Below, one piece after another: positions 37,141 to 45,376 of a stretch of 50,740 nucleotides of DNA. Numbering within the stretch: position 1 is the first letter of the stretch; the number at the start of each line of letters is the position of its first letter. The notes beneath the pieces were generated by a model that had not been told where the DNA came from, searched no databases, and saw only the letters and a list, made by a program, of their open reading frames with translations. The position numbers and the translations under genes are program-made. Source of the stretch: a virus (Duplodnaviria; Caudoviricetes); IMG/VR virus record IMGVR_UViG_3300040733_000034, positions 1 to 50,740 of that record; one strand, 5' to 3'.

Positions 37141-37271
37141 CTACAGGCCACTTTGAGTTGTTCTTTTTGTTCCCGGCGCCAGGATCGCAAGACCTGGCCC
37201 GCTTTCTTAAAGTCTTTTTGGTTCAGTTTTTCCTCGCTGCGATCAATAAGTCGCCTGTTTTTCCGGCTCAA
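37137..37271 (-). CDS. Small basic hypothetical protein (44 aa)
   Basis: Start re-called to TTG at 37271 behind GGAGGTG RBS, immediately downstream of the periodic array. Confidence 0.5.
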   Translation of the reverse strand: MSRKNRRLIDRSEEKLNQKDFKKAGQVLRSWRREQKEQLKVACR

Positions 37272-37301
37272 GCTGACCACCTCCCTCATGAACATATAAA
37301 A

Positions 37302-37961
37302 GCCATACTTCATGCCGCTCCGCTTTGCCGCAGCCCAACAATGCAAACGCCATAACCACGCTTTGCCTTGGCCTCGCACCTCATTGCCAATGCTTCGCCT
37401 CACCGTAACTTGCCGCAGGCATACTCTGCAACTCATAACCGTCGCAAAACTTAACTGGACCGTCGCCCTTCCATGCTTTTCCAGCGCTGGGGCCGCATCG
37501 CTTTACCATCGCATAACTTCACTTGACCATGCCCTTGGGCTGCTATAACGGAGCCCTGGCCCGCTTGGCCTTTCCCCTGCTGAGCCTAGCATTTCAATAC
37601 CCTTGCATCTCTTTTCAATACCAAAGGTCCACTTCGCTTGGCTGCCATAGCTTAAATACCCTGTGTCGCATTGCACTTCCCCCGCACAACCATACCAGAC
37701 TTAGCAATCCAGTGCCGCTGCTCCTATTTGCCCAGCATTGCCCCCGCTCCTCTTTACCTTTGCTTGACGCCGCATCACCACCGCGTTACCGCGCTTGACC
37801 CAGCTTCGCCCTTGCGCTACTTTTCTATGCCGGCGCGATCGCTCACAGCTCATTTCCTTGCCTGAGCACTGCTTTACCATTCTTTGCCAGCGCCTCGCGA
37901 AACATTACTTTGCCTCTGCTCTGTTAGGCATAGCCATGGCCAGGGGAGGCTTTACCCTTGC
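37302..37961 (-). ncRNA. Degenerate 5-nt-periodic repeat array (candidate guide-RNA locus of the adjacent RAMP protein)
   Basis: Minus strand reads as NNN-GY pentamers, e.g. 37807-37730: gaagc tgggt caagc gcggt aacgc ggtggt gatgc ggcgt caagc aaaggt aaaga ggagc gggggc aatgc tgggc; starts at the RAMP stop codon; no credible same-strand ORF. Confidence 0.75.
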
Positions 37962-38630
37962 TCAGCTCGCGGCTGACTGCTCGCCCAGGTCTTTAATTTT
38001 GTATTCAAAGCGTCCATAAGAGCCGTTCCGGAATTGACCCAGGCCCTTAAATTGTCCGTATTGCAGCAGTGTGTCAATAACTTCACGGTTAATATTGGTT
38101 GCGCTTTTGCTTTTCGACCTGGCGCTGACCTCGTTTTCAAGGATCTTGATCTTGATCTCAAAACTGGTGCCCTCCGGAACGCAGTCTGATCTTACGACCG
38201 TGACCCTCGGCCCCTGCATGGTCATACAGCGCAGCGGCCTCTCCAGAACATCCAGATCCGGGTGCCCTTCGGTCAGGTAGATCCTGCGCGGCTCTATAAA
38301 TACCAGCTGGTCGATCTTGCTCCGCAGGTTGGTGATCTTCAGCTGCTCTTTGAGCACGTTCCCGGCTTCTTTCAAAAATCCCAGGATCGCATAGTCGTAA
38401 AGAAAATAACCTCGATCGTCCCTGTGAAAACCAGTCCAGCCGGCCCGCTCGATCTTTTCTGCGCTCTCGTCGGCCTCCGGTACCGTCTCCACTTCCGTGC
38501 TGCCCAGTTTAGGATCCGGCGCCTTGCTGGCTATATAGCTGGCGTAAACCTTGGGATCCTTGGGTACCGTACCCAAAAGCGGCTCGGTCAGTGTAATCCC
38601 AACCTTGAAAATGTCAAACTTTAATGTCAC
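37962..38630 (-). CDS. Stand-alone Cas7/RAMP-superfamily protein
   Basis: 222 aa; N-terminal strand ITLTEPLLG, ILGFLKEA helix, VPEGTSFEIKI strand, C-terminal Gly-rich loop GLGQFRNGSYGRF. Confidence 0.8.
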   Translation of the reverse strand: MTLKFDIFKVGITLTEPLLGTVPKDPKVYASYIASKAPDPKLGSTEVETVPEADESAEKIERAGWTGFHRDDRGYFLYDYAILGFLKEAGNVLKEQLKITNLRSKIDQLVFIEPRRIYLTEGHPDLDVLERPLRCMTMQGPRVTVVRSDCVPEGTSFEIKIKILENEVSARSKSKSATNINREVIDTLLQYGQFKGLGQFRNGSYGRFEYKIKDLGEQSAAS

Positions 38631-38655
38631 CTGCTACTCCCCCTTGGTTTTATTT

Positions 38656-39669
38656 TTAGGCTTTCGCCTTAACTCCCCGCACTGCCAACATCCAGTTAGT
38701 TACATCATCCAGCTGCTTTTTCTGTTGGGCTGTGAATTTATCCAGCCACCGCTCCGGGATCGCTTCGTAGCCGTAATAGACTCCGGCCAGACCCCCGGCT
38801 ATGGCCCCGATCGTGTCCGCGTCGCCGCCCAGGTTGACGGCTTTGATTATGCACTCCTCCAGGCTCTTTGTCCCGACGAGAGACCAGAGAGCACAGATCA
38901 GGGAATCTACTGTATAACCTGTTGGACTGGCCGGGCATTTATCCAATGGCCCCGTAAGGACCTGGTCTCTGATCCGACTGCGGATCATGGTCCGGACGTT
39001 AAGAGCCTCCGGGTTGAAACGCTCGGTCATGCTGCCCCAGAGCATGGCCTCAAGATTGTCGGATTCCGGACACATCAAAAATCCTCTGACCAGGTTGCAG
39101 TAAATTGCGCAGGTCATACCGGCCTGGATATCCCAGTGAGTCATACGGGCGATCGCTATGGCCATTTTATAGACGACTTCCGGATCCTCGTAGGCCAGGG
39201 CCACCGGCAGCGTCCTCATTAAGGCGCCGTTGCCGGCCGTTTTCATCCCTGACATATGGACAGCGTTTGCCGCCTGGTGCCATTTGCTGCCGTCAATTGG
39301 CCCCCTCGGTTCATCGGCCTTGTATTGGCGCAGGGCAGCTCTGATCGTGGATCCTATGTCTGGCGGATCCGTGGCCATCCAGGCCAGGAAGTTCTTGCCG
39401 ATCTCCTCGATAGGATCCTCCGGATTGGCCAGGATCCCGCGGGCCACCGCGATCGTCATGTCCGTGTCGTCTGTCCACTGGCCGGGCTTTAAGTGCAGCC
39501 AGCCGCCGCCTATAATATCTTTTAGTTGACCGCCGAAATGAGTGTTTATTTGCTCTGCGGTCATGAATTCCAGAGTTGCGCCCAGGGCGTCCCCGCAGGC
39601 CAGCCCGTAAAAGCCGCCCTTTATTCGAATATCAGGAGCGTGATACTGTCCAGACCTCCGACAGAGCAA
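38656..39669 (-). CDS. ADP-ribosylglycohydrolase (ARH/DraG family)
   Basis: GLACGDALG, WTDDTDM, DIGST, AGNGALMR, GGDADTIGAIAGGLAG. Confidence 0.95.
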   Translation of the reverse strand: MLCRRSGQYHAPDIRIKGGFYGLACGDALGATLEFMTAEQINTHFGGQLKDIIGGGWLHLKPGQWTDDTDMTIAVARGILANPEDPIEEIGKNFLAWMATDPPDIGSTIRAALRQYKADEPRGPIDGSKWHQAANAVHMSGMKTAGNGALMRTLPVALAYEDPEVVYKMAIAIARMTHWDIQAGMTCAIYCNLVRGFLMCPESDNLEAMLWGSMTERFNPEALNVRTMIRSRIRDQVLTGPLDKCPASPTGYTVDSLICALWSLVGTKSLEECIIKAVNLGGDADTIGAIAGGLAGVYYGYEAIPERWLDKFTAQQKKQLDDVTNWMLAVRGVKAKA

Positions 39670-39797
39670 AACACATTGCCCTCCAGTTTGTCGTAAAACT
39701 CCTGCGCCCTGATGATCGCGTGCTGGACCTTCGCCTCGTAGGGGAGACTTTGTTTTTGACGGAATTGATATGCTTCCAGGAATACCTCTTGAGTCAC
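39621..39797 (-). pseudogene. Truncated N-terminus of a PAPS-reductase-like (PP-loop) phage protein, 58 aa
   Basis: GTG overlapping the HNH stop; MTQEVF...QKQSLPYEAKVQHA...EFY..GNVFCSVGGLDSITLLIFE, stopping right after the PP-loop-like motif. Confidence 0.7.
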
Positions 39798-40585
39798 AAG
39801 ACCGCCTCCCGCTTCCTCTCCGCTATTTTGGTTATAATATCCGCCACCACAACCCCCGTCCGGGTCAACTCCGCGTCTCCCTGGATCAACCCGCTCTGGT
39901 TCAGCCTGGCCAACTGGGCACGGGAAACAAGCAGCAGGTTGCCCGGGTCAAAATTCCTCTTGTTTCCGTCTCCAAAGATGACCGCGTGCCCTGGAGGTAC
40001 CGGCCCGTTGGTGGCCTCCCAAATCAGGATATGCTTGCCCTTCCAGTTCCTTTGCAGTTGTCCATCGGCTACTTTTATATCTACATAGCCGTCTCCGTTT
40101 ATCCGCTCGGAGCCCACGGGCACCCAGTTCCATGCTTTGTTTCCCTTTTTGAATTGGGTGGGGACACAGCCAGGGTAATTTATTCCCTTCATGCCTTTAT
40201 TAAAAGCCACGTGACCTTTGGGGAAGTAGCCGTTAACTCCGCTGTTGAGCTTGAATCTGGCATAATATCCCTTAATTTGTGAATGTGTGTAGTCAGCGTC
40301 GAACGTTTCGTTCAACAGGCCGGCCATCTCCTTTGGCCCGACGCCTATATGATTAGCCTCGATAAAATCCCTAACTTCGTCCGGGTAAAGCTTGGATGGC
40401 ATTCCGGCCGGTATACCTTTACGGCGGCCGTTTTTTAGATTGTGGTTTTTCATAAACGACTTCATTCTTGACTCAGTGAAGTCTAGGCCAAATTCAGCGT
40501 TGACCAGTGCGGCCAGGCCCCTAACAGTGATTCCCCGCACGTTCTCAGATATAAAATTCTTAACTTCTTCCGAGTATCGCCGCAT
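39794..40585 (-). CDS. HNH endonuclease
   Basis: FKKGNKAWN, VGSERINGDGY, HILIWEATNGPVP, IFGDGNKRNFDPGNL; duplicated N-terminal helical repeat. Confidence 0.88.
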   Translation of the reverse strand: MRRYSEEVKNFISENVRGITVRGLAALVNAEFGLDFTESRMKSFMKNHNLKNGRRKGIPAGMPSKLYPDEVRDFIEANHIGVGPKEMAGLLNETFDADYTHSQIKGYYARFKLNSGVNGYFPKGHVAFNKGMKGINYPGCVPTQFKKGNKAWNWVPVGSERINGDGYVDIKVADGQLQRNWKGKHILIWEATNGPVPPGHAVIFGDGNKRNFDPGNLLLVSRAQLARLNQSGLIQGDAELTRTGVVVADIITKIAERKREAVL

Positions 40586-40588
40586 ATG

Positions 40589-40855
40589 CTAATCCCTCAA
40601 AAAATCGGCCTTAAGCATCCTGGGTATCTTTTTGCCGCCGCCGTCTTTGTCGTCTTCTTCGATGCCGTATTCAGCCCGGAACTGTATTCCTTTCAACACC
40701 AGCGTGCCGTTGGCAATAATTTGCGACGCCAGGCCCGTCACCGCTTTGGCCCTCACTATCTCTTCTTTAAGCTGCTCGCCCTTTATGTCCTCATCGCCCA
40801 GCCGCTCCAGCTGGGCAAACAGGTGATTATTTAAATCTCCAAGTGTGTTTTTCAT
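40589..40855 (-). CDS. Conserved phage protein
   Basis: MKNTLGDLNNHLFAQLERL...EIVRAKAV, a common phage family usually found upstream of this HNH type. Confidence 0.8.
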   Translation of the reverse strand: MKNTLGDLNNHLFAQLERLGDEDIKGEQLKEEIVRAKAVTGLASQIIANGTLVLKGIQFRAEYGIEEDDKDGGGKKIPRMLKADFLRD

Positions 40856-40865
40856 CTTTAACCAC

Positions 40866-41609
40866 CTACCTCAGTCTATAATCAGGACCCTCACAGAGCA
40901 CCAGGCGCCCCCGGCACATTGCAAAAAGCCTTGAAGCCGTGGCATCCCCTATTCGCTCGGCCAGGGTGTCCCTGTCCTCGTTAGTTGAAAAACAAGTCGG
41001 CAGCCCTTTCCGGTACCGGAAGTTAATAACCCGGTAATACTGGTTTAAGACCCATTCCGTGGTCTTGGCCTTGCCCAGGTCGTCCCAGATCAAAAGCTCG
41101 GCGTTTTCTAGTCCCTGGATGACGTTTTCAAAGCGGTCCGTATCGTCGGCAAACTGCCCCTGCCGCAACTCGGCCACTATGTCCGTATCGTTTACCATGA
41201 GCACCTGCACGCTGCGCCTTAATAGAGTAAGCGCGATCACGGCCAGCAAATGGGTTTTCCCCAGGCCGTAGGAATTATGCTTATCCCGCAGCGCCGCCCT
41301 TCTCACAGTGTCGGGAGTCTGCCTGATTATGCTCTCGCCCACCACGGCCATAAAGCCGATCCCGTTCTGCCGCTCGTGACGTATTGTCTCAAAGTTTTCC
41401 GTGTAGTCTTTGGCCGTAGCGTACATCTCGAACGTGTGTTTTTCTGGCTTGTAGTTATAAAAAGTCGCGTCGGTGAAATTGCGGTCGACCATGCTGCTCC
41501 TGATCCGGCGCATGATCTGCTTGCTCTTGCGGCACTCGCATAGAATATAAACACCGTCGCCCCGGTCGTACATCTCGTGATCGCCACACTTCGGGCACTT
41601 ACTTTGCAA
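40866..41609 (-). CDS. DnaC/IstB-like helicase loader ATPase
   Basis: CPKC...CEC Zn motif, GLGKTHL, LLIWDDLGK, FSTNE, SRL; start re-called to TTG at 41609. Confidence 0.88.
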   Translation of the reverse strand: MQSKCPKCGDHEMYDRGDGVYILCECRKSKQIMRRIRSSMVDRNFTDATFYNYKPEKHTFEMYATAKDYTENFETIRHERQNGIGFMAVVGESIIRQTPDTVRRAALRDKHNSYGLGKTHLLAVIALTLLRRSVQVLMVNDTDIVAELRQGQFADDTDRFENVIQGLENAELLIWDDLGKAKTTEWVLNQYYRVINFRYRKGLPTCFSTNEDRDTLAERIGDATASRLFAMCRGRLVLCEGPDYRLR

Positions 41610-42621
41610 GCATGTGTCCAAAGGTCTCTTTTGTGCGTTCAATCCGCTTCTCGATGTCTGAGATATCATGCTTTCCACCGGGCTGACCTCCTCTCTTGCG
41701 TTCAAGCACCATCCTTCTCATGATTCCGGAAGTATAATCCTCCCGCTTTGACTGGTACTTGCGCATGTGGATATCTAGGGAATCAAGGACAATCTCAACA
41801 GGAAACCGTTCCCAATATTCCATTTCTCTTGCGACGATAGAGTCCGCGATCTTACCGGTGCGCCTGGTAAACCTGATCGTGTCCCAGTATTTCCGGATAA
41901 GAGTCAACTGCCCGCTAGTGTATCTGGGAAACCGCGTCAAGATGTCCTCGATAGTTTGTTTTGGTTTAAGGGGGGTAAGGGGGGTAACAAGTTTTTCTTT
42001 AAGATCTTTAACAAGTATTTCTTTAGGAGCCCCGGAGTCCGCGCCGTCATTGGGCTGCGTGTCCTGATCGGTTACTGTTTTGGTAACCTCACCTTCAGCC
42101 AAAGTTACTGTTTTGGTAACCTCGCCTTTCTCATGGGTTACTGTTTCGGTAACTTTTTTAGCTTCAAAAGTTACCATATCAGTAACTTTTCCTTCATTAG
42201 AAGTTACTGTTTTAGTAACTTTTTGCATCTCTTTGTCATCATTAAAGTTACTGTTTTGGTAACTTTTCAGGTCATCAAGATTCCTTTTCAGGATAGCGCA
42301 CAGGCGATCAGCGCTGGCCCCTTTAACTTGCCCCACCTTCCACTCATCGTAATTCTTGTTAAGAGTGATCCGGTTCACTGTCCAAAAGATCACTCCCGCC
42401 TCTTGCAGCGTTTCAAGCTCCCTGCGAACATGTGTTTTATAAACGCCAACCAGCTCAAAATCTACCGGCCTCAGGATGGCAGTTTTTTTTCCACAGCCAT
42501 AACTCATTCTGATAACCAGGTCCAGGATATTCCTCTGACGTTTTGAAAAATCCGTCTGCATGATGGCCTCATAAAGCTCATTCGAGATCCTAGTGAATTC
42601 GTCAGGTTGTGGGTTCGCCAC
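41599..42621 (-). CDS. Replication initiator (lambda O-like N-terminus)
   Basis: MANPQ..FTRISNEL..DFSKRQ..LNKNYDEW; internal VTKTVT repeats. Confidence 0.9.
   Translation of the reverse strand: MANPQPDEFTRISNELYEAIMQTDFSKRQRNILDLVIRMSYGCGKKTAILRPVDFELVGVYKTHVRRELETLQEAGVIFWTVNRITLNKNYDEWKVGQVKGASADRLCAILKRNLDDLKSYQNSNFNDDKEMQKVTKTVTSNEGKVTDMVTFEAKKVTETVTHEKGEVTKTVTLAEGEVTKTVTDQDTQPNDGADSGAPKEILVKDLKEKLVTPLTPLKPKQTIEDILTRFPRYTSGQLTLIRKYWDTIRFTRRTGKIADSIVAREMEYWERFPVEIVLDSLDIHMRKYQSKREDYTSGIMRRMVLERKRGGQPGGKHDISDIEKRIERTKETFGHMLAK
42071..42263. repeat. Replication origin iterons: six GTTAC-N7-GTAAC boxes
   Basis: Boxes start at 42071, 42104, 42137, 42170, 42203 (33-bp period) and 42247. Confidence 0.9.
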
Positions 42622-42686
42622 TGCATGTCCTCCTGCGGAGATTTAGACACGCCTACCCCGGAATAACCAGGGTAGGCTTTAAAATA

Positions 42687-43820
42687 CTACTGGGCGTCTT
42701 CTGCCGGCTGGTCGAGCCATTGTTGATAGAGATCCTCGGCCTTGGTGATAACTGTCGTTATGCTGCGCATTACGCCTTTAAGCAGCGCACTGGACGCCTG
42801 GCTGATGTTGTCGATCCTCATGTACTCACAGACGATATTTTCGGCGGCAGTCTTAAACATTGCCTCGTTATGCTCCTTGGTAGCTGCGTAATCGGTGATC
42901 TTGTTGTAGAAATCTTCAAGAAGCTGCAGGGTGGCCTCGTCCATGCGGGACCTCTCGGTAGGCTTGTCTCCGTTATCACCAGCGGGATCCATTGCCGGAT
43001 CCTCAGCGTTCTGACCTGTTTCTGCCGGTATCATGGGGGGATGTTCATCTACAGGCTGGGCGTCTGTGTTGATATATGGAGCAGTTTTAACCGCCTCCTG
43101 ATCGACGTCTAATTCTTCGGCTACATACATCCCGCCAAATTCCTCCGGAAGTCCCTCTCTCAGGGCTTGGACCAGGGCCACTTTGCGGATCATGGTTGCC
43201 GGCATTTTTCTCCAATTTTCAAAGACTTCCCCGCTTTTTTTATGGCGGACGTATTCGTCCAGGCTGACCTGCACGATCATGGGATGTTTCCAGTCATTCC
43301 GGATAACAGAGGCCCAGCCTCCGACAAGTTTTTCACCAATCTCTTTAATTACCAGGGTGCCTTCCCTCTCTATAAGCTGGTTGTCTGCCGCTAAGACGAT
43401 CACACCGGCCTGCCAACCGTCACATTTTTGGGAGGCGGCTGCCCTCTTGGTAAATAGATCTTTTGACACAACGATCGACGCTGGCGAATTGCCGAACTTG
43501 ATCAGGTATGCCTCCCTTAGAAAGGGGTTGAGCTGCCTGTATTTGCAGAGGGTCAGGAACATCATAACTTCCTGATCGCTGACTTTATTGGCCGCGTCGT
43601 CGTCTCCGCTGACCAAGTAAGACCGGATGATCTCCGGGGTCAGCTTGACATGCCCGGTCATGGTTTCAAATTCGACCTCCGCCAGCTCTTTCGGCGGGGT
43701 AATTCTCTGCTGTGGCGGTCTTGTATACTGCTGCGAACGGTTCCCGTATTGACTGTTTTGGTTGATAGTCTGCTGTCTGATAGTCTGCTGAACAGCTCTA
43801 TTCTGTGGCGGTAATGCCAT
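42687..43820 (-). CDS. bet: Phage single-strand annealing protein Bet
   Basis: FLTLCKYRQLNPFLREAYLIKFG, LVGGWA, MPATMIRKVALVQALRE. Confidence 0.92.
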   Translation of the reverse strand: MALPPQNRAVQQTIRQQTINQNSQYGNRSQQYTRPPQQRITPPKELAEVEFETMTGHVKLTPEIIRSYLVSGDDDAANKVSDQEVMMFLTLCKYRQLNPFLREAYLIKFGNSPASIVVSKDLFTKRAAASQKCDGWQAGVIVLAADNQLIEREGTLVIKEIGEKLVGGWASVIRNDWKHPMIVQVSLDEYVRHKKSGEVFENWRKMPATMIRKVALVQALREGLPEEFGGMYVAEELDVDQEAVKTAPYINTDAQPVDEHPPMIPAETGQNAEDPAMDPAGDNGDKPTERSRMDEATLQLLEDFYNKITDYAATKEHNEAMFKTAAENIVCEYMRIDNISQASSALLKGVMRSITTVITKAEDLYQQWLDQPAEDAQ

Positions 43821-43842
43821 TTGGTCGACCTCCTAAAAATGT

Positions 43843-44091
43843 TTATAACTCAAGCTTAGTCACCTGGCCATTGACTACCAGCTCAGCGTCGTAAGGCTTG
43901 ATGGTGATGTTTATTTGACAAAGAGAGTTTTCCGCTGGCCACTCCCCCTCATTATTCTCGAGAAGTTTATCAACCAGCAGCATCTCCAGTTCCGTGCCGT
44001 TAATTTTTAAATTGGCGAAATCACCCTTGGCGCTCTTATACGCTTCAACTTTAGCAACACCGCTTATCTCAACTTTTTTCATATAGCACAC
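43843..44091 (-). CDS. Hypothetical protein
   Basis: 82-aa ORF, AAGGTG upstream. Confidence 0.6.
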   Translation of the reverse strand: MCYMKKVEISGVAKVEAYKSAKGDFANLKINGTELEMLLVDKLLENNEGEWPAENSLCQINITIKPYDAELVVNGQVTKLEL

Positions 44092-44105
44092 ACCTTTCTT
44101 GTTTT

Positions 44106-44837
44106 TTACCTGGACCTTACCTGGAGCGTGTCCTCCTCAAAGATCCTCACGCCGGGGATATTCCGGATCCCAGCCTTGACCACCGCGCCGATCTTCTTAA
44201 GATCCGCCGTCATGTATTCCCTGGGGATCAGGTTCTCGTCCTCGATCTCGTAGGTCCATTTTTTCTTTGCTGTCGCGGTACCCAGATCAGCCCGGACCGT
44301 CTTTTGCACCTGGTAGGAAGGTGCCGGGGGCGGAGCCGGAGGAGCGACAAACTGCGGAGTCTCGATCACGGGCGCCTCATAAGGCTTGCCTGTGGCCAGG
44401 GCTTCGGCAGCCGCTGCGGCTTCCGCTTCCTCCCGGATCCTGCGGGCCTCGGCTTCCTGCCGTGCCCTTTCCTCGGCCTCGGCCTTTCTGCGCTTGGCAA
44501 GCTCCTCTTCCCGGAGCCTCTGCATCTCTCTGTTAAAGTGGAGTATTTTGTTCTTTAAGACGGTTGTGGCCCGCTCCAGCGGCTGAGAATACAGCTTAAA
44601 ACGGTTATTGATGGTCTTGACGTGATCGTTTAGAGGCTTGACCAGGAAAGTGCGCTGTTCTTCCAGGGCTTTCTCGCTGGTCTTGATGATGGATAAGAGG
44701 TTCGTGGCAGCGGCAACGTCATCTTGGGTAGCCACGATCATTTTATTGGCCTGCTGCTCTAATAGATCGGCCTCGCTGGCCAGCTGCTGCTCCTTCATTA
44801 ACTGGACGTTATCTGATTTTAATGCGCTCAAACTCAT
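44106..44837 (-). CDS. Coiled-coil phage protein of the recombination module
   Basis: RTFLVKPLN..VKTIN, and C-terminal IPREYM..D.KKI..IPGVRIFEE motif. Confidence 0.75.
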   Translation of the reverse strand: MSLSALKSDNVQLMKEQQLASEADLLEQQANKMIVATQDDVAAATNLLSIIKTSEKALEEQRTFLVKPLNDHVKTINNRFKLYSQPLERATTVLKNKILHFNREMQRLREEELAKRRKAEAEERARQEAEARRIREEAEAAAAAEALATGKPYEAPVIETPQFVAPPAPPPAPSYQVQKTVRADLGTATAKKKWTYEIEDENLIPREYMTADLKKIGAVVKAGIRNIPGVRIFEEDTLQVRSR

Positions 44838-45376
44838 TAATAGATTCCTCCTCGTTCTAATGTTTTTCGTTTTTTTCTTCTTACGTTATCAATCTTAGAA
44901 AGCCATCTGCAGTTGCATGGTTCATAATTACCTGATGGATCATCTCGATCGATTGTTGCTCCTGGCCACCACTTTTCACCCATATCATCAAGAAAGTTCT
45001 TAAAATCCAACCACCTTTCACAAACCTTTACACCGAGTTTTCCGTAATACTTAAAGGCTGGGTGCTTCTCATTTTTACATCTGGCTATCATGGCTGTCCA
45101 TGTTGTATAAATTCCTGACCTTTTTCCTTTTGTGGCATGTCCATGAGGCATTTTGCGTTGTTTTCCTATAAAGTTTGAACATGAAATACATCTATTGGCC
45201 CTGCCATGCTTCAATGGATTACCGTAAACAATATCTTCGCGTCCACAATCACATTTAACCAACCACTTACTGTCATTCTTAACACCGCGTTCATAAAGGC
45301 CCAATACAACCCGTTGACCAAATCTTTGCCCGGTTATATCTGTAAACCGTGCTTTTCTACCATCAACTTTATCCAT
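44837..45376 (-). CDS. HNH-type (homing-like) endonuclease
   Basis: DITGQRFG, KCDCG, YYGKLGVKVCERW..F..DMG, TIDRDD..GNYEPCNCRW; AT-rich insertion. Confidence 0.88.
   Translation of the reverse strand: MDKVDGRKARFTDITGQRFGQRVVLGLYERGVKNDSKWLVKCDCGREDIVYGNPLKHGRANRCISCSNFIGKQRKMPHGHATKGKRSGIYTTWTAMIARCKNEKHPAFKYYGKLGVKVCERWLDFKNFLDDMGEKWWPGATIDRDDPSGNYEPCNCRWLSKIDNVRRKKRKTLERGGIY

Noticed and set aside
37302-37961. Canonical CRISPR array next to the Cas7-like gene
   Set aside because: No identical 23-47-bp repeats separated by unique spacers; only degenerate 5/6-nt periodicity
37312-38019. Plus-strand ORFs 37312-37548, 37523-37798, 37671-37865, 37795-38019 and the N-terminal half of minus ORF 37137-37436
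   Set aside because: Antisense to the operon or lacking an RBS, with low-complexity translations; they are by-products of the periodic array
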